From: Thermoplasmata archaeon
GTDB taxonomy: Archaea; Thermoplasmatota; Thermoplasmata; Sysuiplasmatales; Sysuiplasmataceae
Direction: 5' to 3'
DNA length: 64,000 nt
Assembly: GCA_021806165.1 (NCBI GenBank)
Contig: JAJZXY010000003.1
Span: forward strand, 18,496-82,495
Made by a program: the position numbers and the translations under genes. This document shows, piece after piece, positions 28,630 to 37,627 of this stretch. The notes under the pieces were generated by a model. That model searched no databases, had not been told where the DNA came from, and saw only the letters and a program-made list of their open reading frames with translations. Every line of letters begins with the position of its first letter. Within the stretch, counting starts at the first letter, position 1.

Positions 28630-29511
28630 TCAGCTCAATGTTACATTCCCATTGGTCGTCGAGGCCTGCAGCTCGGCACTGCCGGAACCCAGCACCCCGC
28701 TGAAGGATGTGGCACTGGAAGTCACGGATGAAAACCTGAGGTATGAAATGTGGATGAAGCCATTCACAGTGACTGCCGATACAGTTACATTCGACTGCGA
28801 ATCTATTCCGATGGCGATGTTGCCATTGTCTGAGTACAGCCGTATGCTTCCAGAGGATATCGCACCGCTGGTGGAGAAATAGACATTGCCGTTGATTGTG
28901 GATGCTGTGACATCAGAGCCGCCGGATACAGCAAGTTCGATGTTGCCGTTGACAGTGGTTAGGTTTGCACTGACGCTTGTCACAGTCGTGAGTATGAGGT
29001 TCCCATTTGTGCTCTGCAGGTTTGCGTTCAGCAGTGGAATGGGGGCGGAATTCACAGTAATATAGCCGTTCAGGACGCTTATTGATAGATTTTGTGCGGT
29101 AAACTGAAGTGGCAGGTATAGGGTGGACAGAGAGCTCCTGACAGAGTTCGTAGGTGTGTCAACGGTGAAGGTAATGCTGTTCCCGGCTGCCTGTGATATT
29201 ATCTGCACAGCCGGATGTGAGCCGAAAGGTGCTGCCGCCGTCACTGTTGTTGTCAGGAACACCGAACCGCTGTCTGAAGGCTGGACCACGACGCTGTTGT
29301 CAACACCTTTCACACTGACGGCATAGAAGTCACCGACACTGTAGGGGCCGCTGTTCCGCGTTGTGGTAGAATCCACGATCCCGAGCGCACCGGAATACGC
29401 AAGGGAGAGGACCACGGCCGATATCACCACTGCGACACCGATCACCACGGCTGCAAATACTGCAATCCTGGAGGAGCCTCCACTGCTGCTCAATCGACCA
29501 CCATTCGGCAA
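28630..29511 (-). CDS. membrane-anchored DUF4097-type beta-strand repeat protein
   Basis: N-terminal TM; repeated T/S-x-N-G-x-I units (STNGNL, TVNGNI, TINGNV, SDNGNI, TVNGFI, TTNGNV). Confidence 0.8.
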   Translation of the reverse strand: MPNGGRLSSSGGSSRIAVFAAVVIGVAVVISAVVLSLAYSGALGIVDSTTTRNSGPYSVGDFYAVSVKGVDNSVVVQPSDSGSVFLTTTVTAAAPFGSHPAVQIISQAAGNSITFTVDTPTNSVRSSLSTLYLPLQFTAQNLSISVLNGYITVNSAPIPLLNANLQSTNGNLILTTVTSVSANLTTVNGNIELAVSGGSDVTASTINGNVYFSTSGAISSGSIRLYSDNGNIAIGIDSQSNVTVSAVTVNGFIHISYLRFSSVTSSATSFSGVLGSGSAELQASTTNGNVTLS

Positions 29512-29551
29512 ATGCCCGGGGGGGCACCTGCCGTATTGGCGGCTGGGATAT

Positions 29552-29860
29552 TCATCCTTTTGTTACTTCTTTCACAATCCCTTCGGGGCTCAGAAGTATT
29601 TTGAAATCCTTGAGAGTGTAGTAACGAAGCGCCCTGGCGCTGTTCCTGTTTGCAAGTTTTATCTTGCTGGAGACAAAACCCGAATCCTCGAGCTTTTTCA
29701 TGTGAATCTTGCACAGGCCCCTTGAGAGCCTGGTCTTCTTTGCTATTTCGGAAAGATACATCTCCTTGCCGCTGTTCTGCTTCAGTACTGAGATTATCTT
29801 CAGTCTGTGCACATGTGCCAGGCCATCAATCCTTTTTGCGAACTCTTTTACCTTAGCCAT
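29552..29860 (-). CDS. ArsR-like winged-HTH transcriptional regulator
   Basis: LAHVHRLKII, YLSEIA...LSRGLCKIHMKKLEDSGFV, RYY. Confidence 0.85.
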   Translation of the reverse strand: MAKVKEFAKRIDGLAHVHRLKIISVLKQNSGKEMYLSEIAKKTRLSRGLCKIHMKKLEDSGFVSSKIKLANRNSARALRYYTLKDFKILLSPEGIVKEVTKG

Positions 29861-30365
29861 TTTCCGTCATAAAAACCATACAAAGTAATCATGTATATAA
29901 GAGTCGTATTTACTATACTTATTTTGGGCATTATTCGGGCACAAACTGCCATACCAGTGGATGAATCATGCGAAATAATTTTATTGGAGTGGACAGAACA
30001 CTGTACCTAATTTCCAGCAATACACCTGTCTTCAAGAATTGTTTGACTCGAAGTACTTCTGCAGCTGCAGAACAGCCTGACCGCTGGGACTCCACCCTAA
30101 TGCATGCAAATTCGGGGGCGATGCGCCGATGTTCCCTGCGCAGATTGCGGTGAGAAAATGCAGGAGGCGGGTCAAAGGTGCACATACGTGTCAACAAGGG
30201 TCTGACACGCATCGGCCTGCCTGAAACAGCGCAGAGTGGCGCGTCATTCAATAAACACCACCCCTGAAGCCCGATCGGCGTTGCAGGAATGCTGCCGCGC
30301 TGTAGAAGGGAGGAACAGGGCTGGTGCAGCAGCTCAACTGCGAGCAGCGGACGGGGCGCCGAAGC

Positions 30366-30872
30366 TCACTCGTTCTTCTCTATCTGGACATAGCAGGGGG
30401 ATGGCAGCTTGACAGAAGCCCTGTAAAGGGCGTCCTTGGCAGCATCGATATGGGCCTGGTTGACTGTGATTGTCAATACGACCTGGTCCCTCTTGACACG
30501 GGCAGCGGTTCCTATTGCCTTGCCGAATGCTGCACGCATTCCGTCTGAAACCCTGTCTGCGCCTGCACCAGTGGCAAGCTTGTTCTCCCTAAGAACATTG
30601 TGGGGGTAGACCCTGACCTTCATGTGAAAACCGGTCGGGCCGGCCTTCTTTGAGAGGGCCCTGTTTGCAGATATCCTGGCAGCCTCAAGTGCGGTGTGCC
30701 TGATCTGGCACTCCTCCTTGACGCGCAGTTTCAGTGTGAAAGGAAATTCCGACCTGAGGTCACCCTGGTCGAACTGGCCTATCCTGGGGGCTGGAACTCC
30801 ACCCATGTACTCCCTTCGTGTATAGGCCTGTCCGCGTATCCTCGAATACATCCTAGCTGGTTTTCTGGCCAT
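30366..30872 (-). CDS. rpl10e: 50S ribosomal protein uL16 (L10e)
   Basis: MARKPARMY, ALEAARISAN, GAGADRVSDGMRAAFGK. Confidence 0.96.
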   Translation of the reverse strand: MARKPARMYSRIRGQAYTRREYMGGVPAPRIGQFDQGDLRSEFPFTLKLRVKEECQIRHTALEAARISANRALSKKAGPTGFHMKVRVYPHNVLRENKLATGAGADRVSDGMRAAFGKAIGTAARVKRDQVVLTITVNQAHIDAAKDALYRASVKLPSPCYVQIEKNE

Positions 30873-31096
30873 GTAAGCACCAACGCAAAGTGTTTTGGAT
30901 TAGAATGGTTGATTATTTAACAGTTTTGCGTTGGGCAGAAGGGCAGGCCGCCGGATCCAGGGGCATGCGATGAGAAGGGACGCGCTACATTATTAAGAAA
31001 GACGGGCATCTTCAAAATGGCGGGATGTGCGCACACGCCGAATTGAGCGCAATGCGGAATCTTTCCGGCGCCAGACATCTGCAGATGGTGGAGGCA

Positions 31097-32116
31097 ATGG
31101 CGGCAAGAGTAGCAGTTAACGGGTTTGGAACCATTGGGAAGAGGGTGGCAAGAGCGGTCATGCTGCAGGATGACATGGAACTGGTGGGCGTGACCAAGAC
31201 GCGCCCCACCTACGAAGCCAGGATCGCGAACAGGGAGGGTATGCCGCTCTATACCATCGACGACAAGCAGCTCTCCTTGTTCGAAAAGGAGGGGGTAAGG
31301 GTTGACGGCGTACTGCAGGACCTTCTCACCAAGGTGGACATCGTGGTGGACTGCTCGCCAAACGGCATAGGGGAGGCAAACAAGAAGTTGTATGAGGAGG
31401 CGGGTGTCAAGGCGATATTCCAGGGAGGCGAGGAACATGAGCTCGCAGGCTTCTCCTTCAACGCCTTCTCTTCATATGACGAGGCACACGACAGGAAATG
31501 GGCAAGGGTCGTGAGCTGCAATACAACAGGCCTGATAAGGACGCTGTATCCTCTTGACAGGATGTTCAAGGTGGATGAAGCGTTTGCCGCGATAATCAGG
31601 CGGGGTGCGGACCCTGCTGAATCAAAGGGCAGCGCCCTGAATGCGGTGGAGCCTTCCCTGCATGTGCCGACGCACCACGGGGTAGATGTCAAGACTGTGC
31701 TTCCGTGGCTGAACATCAGCACAATGGCGGTGAAGGTGCCGACGACGAACATGCATGTCCACTGCATCCATGTCAAGCTGAGGAAGAACGGGGTGAAGAC
31801 CTCCGATGTGCTTTCCCTGTGGGATCAGATGCCAAGGATACGGTTTGTGAGCGGAAAGCATGGCATCAAGACAAGCGGCCAGATCATGGAGATAGCCAGG
31901 GATCTTGGAAGGCACAGCGGTGATTTTGCAGAGACTGTCATATGGGAGGACGGCACGCATGTGGACGACAACTCACTTTACTTCTACCAGGCTGTCCACC
32001 AGGAAAGCGATGTGATACCCGAAAACATAGACTGCATCCGTTCGATGATGGGACTTGAGAAGGATGCTTCGAGAAGCATAAGGAAAACGGACAGGTCAAT
32101 GGGAATCTCCAAGTGA
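31097..32116 (+). CDS. gap: archaeal type II glyceraldehyde-3-phosphate dehydrogenase
   Basis: VNGFGTIGKRVA, FQGGE, VVSCNTTG, HQESDVIPENID; RBS GGTGGAGG. Confidence 0.96.
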   Translation: MAARVAVNGFGTIGKRVARAVMLQDDMELVGVTKTRPTYEARIANREGMPLYTIDDKQLSLFEKEGVRVDGVLQDLLTKVDIVVDCSPNGIGEANKKLYEEAGVKAIFQGGEEHELAGFSFNAFSSYDEAHDRKWARVVSCNTTGLIRTLYPLDRMFKVDEAFAAIIRRGADPAESKGSALNAVEPSLHVPTHHGVDVKTVLPWLNISTMAVKVPTTNMHVHCIHVKLRKNGVKTSDVLSLWDQMPRIRFVSGKHGIKTSGQIMEIARDLGRHSGDFAETVIWEDGTHVDDNSLYFYQAVHQESDVIPENIDCIRSMMGLEKDASRSIRKTDRSMGISK

Positions 32117-32120
32117 TAGA

Positions 32121-33362
32121 ATGCTGCTGGAAGGGGTAAGAACGCTGGACTCCTTCAACCCGTCAGGGAAGAAGGTGCTGCTCAGGGTGGACATTAATTC
32201 CCCGGTTGACAGGAAGACCGGGAGGATCGAGAGCGACACGAAGATCAATGCTGCGACGCTGACACTGAACCAGCTGCTCAGGCGGGGTGCATCAGCGGTC
32301 CTCCTCGCCCATCAGGGCAGGCCCGGTGACTATGACTTCATTTCCCTCAGGCAGCACTGGAATATCCTGAGGAAGAGAGTCGAGGGCGAGATTGATTTTG
32401 TTCCAGACACCTGCGGGGAAGAGGCGGTTGACAGGATCTCGGGCCTGAGACCCGGACAGGCGCTTCTTCTGGAGAATGTAAGATATCTTGACTATGAACA
32501 GAAGAAGGGGACGGCGGAGGAGCATGCACGCACCGAACTTGTCACCAGGCTCTCTCCGCTCTTCGACTACTTTGTGAACGACGCCTTTGCAGCGGTGCAC
32601 CGCGCGCACTGTTCGATGGTGGGCTTCACGGGCAGACTTCCCTCAGCCGCTGGAAGGCTCATGGAAAGCGAGCTATCACACCTGTCACCGCTGCTTGACA
32701 GACCTGAGAGACCTGTTGTCTATCTCTTCGGAGGGCGGAAATTCGCAGACTTCCTGCCTGTCCTCCGCGCGGTCGCCGCAAGGGAGGACGTGGACCATAT
32801 ACTGCTCTCAGGCTACCTGGCAATATCATTCCTAATGGCATCCGGCACAAAGGCTGACGATGCCACTGGAGAGGAGATAAGGAAGGAGGCGGACGATGCA
32901 TTCTTTGAGGAGGCCAGGAAGCTGATTTCAGGCGGGGGAAAGATTGCGCTGCCCGTGGATATGGGATTCAGCGTTTCGGGCAGAAGAGCCGATATGGAAG
33001 TATCAGGCTGGCCTGCGGGCGCAAGGGCGTTGGACATAGGCCCCTCAACCATCGAGCATTTCAGCGAAGTGATTGCGGGGGCAAGGACTGTCTTCATTTC
33101 CGGTCCGCCCGGGGTGTATGAGAAGGAGGAGTTCTCCTCAGGTACGCGCAGGCTCTTTGAGGCTGCGTGCGGCAGCGGCATATACAGTGTGATAGGAGGG
33201 GGCCACACATCTTCGGCCGCCCGGCAGCTCGGGTTTGAGGGGAAGGTCTCCTATGTAAGCACCGGGGGAGGGGCGCTTGAAGCGCTGATCACCGGAAAGG
33301 AGCTGCCTGTCCTGAAATATCTGAAGGAGAGCGGCCGGAAATTCTCCGGCAGCTTCACATGA
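32121..33362 (+). CDS. pgk: phosphoglycerate kinase
   Basis: LRVDINSP, AHQGRPG, LLENVR, NDAFAAVHR, GGGHT, STGGGA. Confidence 0.95.
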   Translation: MLLEGVRTLDSFNPSGKKVLLRVDINSPVDRKTGRIESDTKINAATLTLNQLLRRGASAVLLAHQGRPGDYDFISLRQHWNILRKRVEGEIDFVPDTCGEEAVDRISGLRPGQALLLENVRYLDYEQKKGTAEEHARTELVTRLSPLFDYFVNDAFAAVHRAHCSMVGFTGRLPSAAGRLMESELSHLSPLLDRPERPVVYLFGGRKFADFLPVLRAVAAREDVDHILLSGYLAISFLMASGTKADDATGEEIRKEADDAFFEEARKLISGGGKIALPVDMGFSVSGRRADMEVSGWPAGARALDIGPSTIEHFSEVIAGARTVFISGPPGVYEKEEFSSGTRRLFEAACGSGIYSVIGGGHTSSAARQLGFEGKVSYVSTGGGALEALITGKELPVLKYLKESGRKFSGSFT

Positions 33363-33374
33363 AGGGTGGCCGAC

Positions 33375-34031
33375 TCACTCCGGTATGCTCCACTTGTCGC
33401 CTGCCTTCCTGATCATCCCGAGCATTTCAAGGCGGAGGAGAGTCCTCTCCAGTTTGCCTTCGAGCATCATAATGCCATGATTCTTCCTCAGCAGCGAGCC
33501 TATCTCCCTGTCAGAAAGCGGCCCCTCCCCCAGTATCTCCCTGACGAAGGAGCCTATATCCTCATAATAGTTCCATGGAAAGATGAACCATGTCCACTCC
33601 TCCTTGACAACCTCCCTGGCGAAGTAGTCGGGGACGAAGCCGGAATGGTTTATGTGAAGCATGGTTGCGGTCCTCACACTCCTGGGAGACATCGAAAGAG
33701 CGTGCTCCGACGCAAGCCTCAGGCTTTCGCCGGTGTCGGTTATGTCATCCACCACAAGCACATCCCTGCCCTTTATGTCCTCCTGAATGCTGCCTACCAG
33801 CCTTGCCTTTCCGTCCTTCGAGGCGGTGACGCCCCAGTGCTGTGTCTTCAGGGAAATAAGGCTTTTTGCGACAAGTTCGTCACAGACCAGGCGAGCTGGA
33901 ACCCATCCTCCCCTGGCCATACCGATAATCGAGTCTGGCCTGAAGCCGCTCTCAGCCACCATCCTGCCAAGGCTGGCGCACCAGTCTGCTATCTCATCCC
34001 ATGTGACTATCTTCGCCGGTATGGATCTCAT
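33375..34031 (-). CDS. type I phosphoribosyltransferase (purine salvage-like)
   Basis: ARGGWVPAR, VVDDITDTGES PRPP motif, WFIFPW. Confidence 0.88.
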   Translation of the reverse strand: MRSIPAKIVTWDEIADWCASLGRMVAESGFRPDSIIGMARGGWVPARLVCDELVAKSLISLKTQHWGVTASKDGKARLVGSIQEDIKGRDVLVVDDITDTGESLRLASEHALSMSPRSVRTATMLHINHSGFVPDYFAREVVKEEWTWFIFPWNYYEDIGSFVREILGEGPLSDREIGSLLRKNHGIMMLEGKLERTLLRLEMLGMIRKAGDKWSIPE

Positions 34032-34199
34032 GCATCTCTACCTGAACGGTAAGGCTTACAGCCGAACACGAACTTAAAGCATGCCCATGCGCGGGCCGTG
34101 CCGCGTCCTGCGCCGGCGCCCTCCCGTGCCGCCGGACAAATGATTAAATATGGTCCTGCGGCTATTGCCCAAGCAAGCGTTTTAAAAGAGGATAGCCAA

Positions 34200-34448
34200 A
34201 TGGACTCGACAAGAAAGTTCATAACCGAGCTGAAGGGCAAAACGGTGATGACAGAGGATGGGCAGATACTCGGTCTCATTGACAATTTCATTATTGAGAC
34301 GGCGACAGGAGAAATCGAAAATGTTCTCGTGATCCCGGCCGAGGAGATAGAGCCGAGGCTCTTCAGGACCGATGATCAGGGAAGACTGGTCCTGCCGTTC
34401 AGCGAGATGAGGGCCGTCAGGGACGTAGTCGTCATGAACATGAAATAA
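34200..34448 (+). CDS. PRC-barrel protein, CdpB1-like cell division factor
   Basis: LKGKTVMTEDGQILG...TGEI...DDQGRLVLPFSEMRAVRDVVV, PRC barrel resembling archaeal CdpB1. Confidence 0.8.
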   Translation: MDSTRKFITELKGKTVMTEDGQILGLIDNFIIETATGEIENVLVIPAEEIEPRLFRTDDQGRLVLPFSEMRAVRDVVVMNMK

Positions 34449-34451
34449 GGT

Positions 34452-35078
34452 TCATCTGCGACCGCTGCCGCTTCCCCTGAATACCGAGACAAGCGTCATT
34501 TCCCCCTGGAAGCCGGCGATACGCCCGAAGTCCGAGGCAGGGAAGATGCTGTTGCCCGTCTCACAGAGAGGATTGTTTATCGATAGGGTGCTGCCGTCCA
34601 GGCCGGTGACAACCACCCAGTGGGGCGCCACGTCATCGCCAAGCTGGCTTGCGTCGGTGAGGATGATTGGAACGCCGCCCCTCTCCAGAGTTTCAATCGC
34701 GTCCGCAGCAGTGACTTCTACGGCGTGCCTCTCCATGAGACCCATCTGGAAGTCCCTTCGCTTCCTCTCGTCGTATAGCTCCACAAAGAGCGGGAAGTGC
34801 GCCTCCCCCACCCTCTGCCTCAGTCTGGGCATGAAATCTATGCCCTCCGAGTTTGTGACTATCTCAACACCATACCCCCGCTTGAGGAAGGGGAAGGAGA
34901 TTCCATACCTGCCCATGCCAAGTGCCAGGACCGATGTTGCCTCCCTCCAGATGTCGATCTCGGCATCCCTGTCAGCCGAAAAAGCCCTGTCGAAGTGGGA
35001 GAGGGTCATCAGTATGCATGCGCTGCCGCAGGTGAAATCGAGCGTCTGCCTGTAAAACTGCATCTCAAGAGCTGTCAC
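34452..35078 (-). CDS. C39-like cysteine peptidase family protein
   Basis: QTLDFTCGSAC (Gln/Cys), PHWVVVTG (His), INNP. Confidence 0.8.
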   Translation of the reverse strand: MTALEMQFYRQTLDFTCGSACILMTLSHFDRAFSADRDAEIDIWREATSVLALGMGRYGISFPFLKRGYGVEIVTNSEGIDFMPRLRQRVGEAHFPLFVELYDERKRRDFQMGLMERHAVEVTAADAIETLERGGVPIILTDASQLGDDVAPHWVVVTGLDGSTLSINNPLCETGNSIFPASDFGRIAGFQGEMTLVSVFRGSGSGRR

Positions 35079-35124
35079 GGCAGTGCACTATCATAATTCA
35101 TGAGATAAGCGTTGCCCAGAATTC

Positions 35125-36132
35125 TCAGGCCAACGCCTTGTCCGACAGCTCCTCTGCGAAATGGCAGGCCACGAGGTGGTCCCCTGAGAATGACCTCAGG
35201 CCTGGTTCCTCTGTCCTGCAAATGTCCTTCACGAACGGGCACCTGCCGGCGAACCTGCATCCAGGTGGAGGGGAGACGAGCGTCGGAATCTCCCCCTCAA
35301 TCTTGAACCTGAACTTTCGCCTTCGTGGATCCGGGACGGGGACGGATATGAGCAGTGCCTTGGTGTACGGATGCAAAGGAGATTCCATCACCTCCCTCAC
35401 GCTCCCGACCTCCATCACCTTGCCCAGGTACATGATGGCGACCGTATCGGAGATGTACCTCACTGCACCTATGTTGTGTGAAATGAAGAGATAGGTGAGC
35501 TTCCTCTCCTTCTGCAGTTCTATGAGCCTGTTGAGTATCTGTGCCTGCACTGCAACATCAAGTGCGCTGGTGGGTTCATCCAGAACTATCATCTCAGGGT
35601 CAAGCACCAGAGCCCGGGCAAGGGATATCCTCTGCCTTCCGCCGCCGCTGAATTCGTGCGGATAGAGATTGACGCTCTTTTCCGGAAGGCCGACATCAAG
35701 GAGGACTTCCTCCACCCTCCTGATGATTTCCTTCCTCTCCCGTATGCCGGCGGACATCAGCGGTTCACCCACAATTCTCCAGACCTTAAGCCTCGGGTTC
35801 AGGGAGGTTATGGGATCCTGGAAGACTATCTGCACGTGGTGCCGCCACCTCCTCAGCTCCTCACCCCTCAGGTTGGTGATATCAACGCCGTCGTAAAGCA
35901 GGGTTCCCGAGGTCGGGGCAAGAAGCCTGGCCGCAATCCACCCGAATGTTGTCTTTCCGGAGCCGCTTTCACCTATGAGTCCCATAACCTCGCCCTTCCT
36001 TATCTTGAGAGAGACACCGTCAACCGCGTGGACCCTCTTCGCCCCCTTGCGCCCGATGGACTCTGAAATACTCTTCTGGAGAACGAAATGCTTTACGACG
36101 TGGTTGTAGGAAAAGAGGACGCTGTCATCCAT
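35125..36132 (-). CDS. peptide ABC transporter ATP-binding protein (OppF/DppF type)
   Basis: GESGSGKT, FSGGGRQR, LDEPTSALD, HPYT, C-terminal CRFAGRC...C...ACH. Confidence 0.92.
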   Translation of the reverse strand: MDDSVLFSYNHVVKHFVLQKSISESIGRKGAKRVHAVDGVSLKIRKGEVMGLIGESGSGKTTFGWIAARLLAPTSGTLLYDGVDITNLRGEELRRWRHHVQIVFQDPITSLNPRLKVWRIVGEPLMSAGIRERKEIIRRVEEVLLDVGLPEKSVNLYPHEFSGGGRQRISLARALVLDPEMIVLDEPTSALDVAVQAQILNRLIELQKERKLTYLFISHNIGAVRYISDTVAIMYLGKVMEVGSVREVMESPLHPYTKALLISVPVPDPRRRKFRFKIEGEIPTLVSPPPGCRFAGRCPFVKDICRTEEPGLRSFSGDHLVACHFAEELSDKALA

Positions 36133-37248
36133 TCAGGCACCATCCACGTAGAAGTAGCATGCGGCAAGATGCCCGCCGCCGGTGTCGGAATGGGGTGGCA
36201 TGGCTGTGGAGCATACGTCCATAACCCTGTCGCACCTCGTCCTGAAGGGGCACCCCGAGGGTAGCTTCATGAGGTTGGGTACTGCGCCGCTGAGAGTTGG
36301 AAGCTTCCCCTCGGACTTGTAGCCGTGCGGGAACGATTTCAGGAGTGACTGGGTATACGGATGCTGCGGATTGTTGAAAACCTCATCTGCAGTCCCCACC
36401 TCGACGAGGCTGCCTGCATACATTACGCCAATCCTGTCGGCAATCTCGGCCACAACGCCCAGGTCATGGCTTATGAAGAGAATTGATGTCCTGATTTCCT
36501 GTATCAGGTCCTTCATCAGTGAGAGGACCTGGGCCTGGATTGTGACATCCAGGGCGCTTGTAGGCTCGTCCGCAATCATCAGCTTTGGCCGTTCTGAAAG
36601 TGCTATGGCTATCATGATTCGCTGCCTCATCCCTCCAGACAGCTCATGCGGATAGAGCCTCAATATCTGCTCGGGGTCGTTGATCCTCACCATTGAAAGG
36701 AAAGAGATGACTTCATCCCTGAGATCCTTCCTGTTGAAATCCACGTCCCCGAACCTGTTCCTCCTTGCGGTTCCGGTGGCCTCCCTCAGCGGATGGGGTA
36801 TCTGAGGCTTCGGGTCACGGTAGTCATGAGGCTCGACCCTGACCTCAGTCTCGATACCGGCCTCCCTTGTCTTCCTGACCTTGATGGCCTCCACCACCTG
36901 GTCAAGTATCCTGTAGGATGGATTGAGCGAATTTATCGGCTCCTGGAAGATCATGGCTATGCCGGTGCCCCTGAAGAACTGGACCTTGTTCCTGGGAAGT
37001 GACAGCAGGTCTGTCCCGTCGAAGACTATGCTGCCTGCAGTGACCTTTGCCGGCGGATCAGGCAGGAGCCGCGGAATTGAATGGGCGAGGGTGCTCTTGC
37101 CGCATCCGGTCTCACCAACAATGCCCAGAACCTCGCCCCTGTTGATTTCGAGGTTGACGCCGTTGACAGCCCTTACGGTGCCAGCAGGCGTGTTGTAGCA
37201 TATTTGCAAGTCCCGTACGCTAAGCAAAGGTTCTTGCCCGGAATCCAT
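36133..37248 (-). CDS. peptide ABC transporter ATP-binding protein (OppD/DppD type)
   Basis: GETGCGKS, LSGGMRQR, ADEPTSALD, HPYT, Cys cluster. Confidence 0.92.
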   Translation of the reverse strand: MDSGQEPLLSVRDLQICYNTPAGTVRAVNGVNLEINRGEVLGIVGETGCGKSTLAHSIPRLLPDPPAKVTAGSIVFDGTDLLSLPRNKVQFFRGTGIAMIFQEPINSLNPSYRILDQVVEAIKVRKTREAGIETEVRVEPHDYRDPKPQIPHPLREATGTARRNRFGDVDFNRKDLRDEVISFLSMVRINDPEQILRLYPHELSGGMRQRIMIAIALSERPKLMIADEPTSALDVTIQAQVLSLMKDLIQEIRTSILFISHDLGVVAEIADRIGVMYAGSLVEVGTADEVFNNPQHPYTQSLLKSFPHGYKSEGKLPTLSGAVPNLMKLPSGCPFRTRCDRVMDVCSTAMPPHSDTGGGHLAACYFYVDGA

Positions 37249-37627
37249 AGCAAAGACTGCACAGACGATCAGCTTCCAATATTAATTGTATTGCCGGCCC
37301 CAGACTGTTTCTCGGCCGGCGGCCGGATGCTTCCTTTTCATCAGGGCACATTACAAAGGCGCGATGCATGCCACAAGCATCTGCGGCCTGAATTTCTTTT
37401 CGACTGACCCTGCTCTCATCCATCACAGGTGCTCCCTCCCTGTCATGCGATCTGCTGACCCCTTGAGGAGAAAATGGCAGGGGCAAGGAAATGCGTGTTG
37501 GGGCATGGCAAATGGTCCGGAAGGGCCCGCCATCTTGTCCGTGCCACCCCCACGTCCGGGTGTCAGGCAGCGAACGGCTCACTTGTGGATTACTTCAATT
37601 TCAATAATCTTCTCGTTCAAGACCCAC

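Noticed and set aside
37510-37530. SRP RNA helix 8
   Set aside because: GGAA loop present, but the CAGG/AGCA internal loop and the rest of 7S RNA are missing
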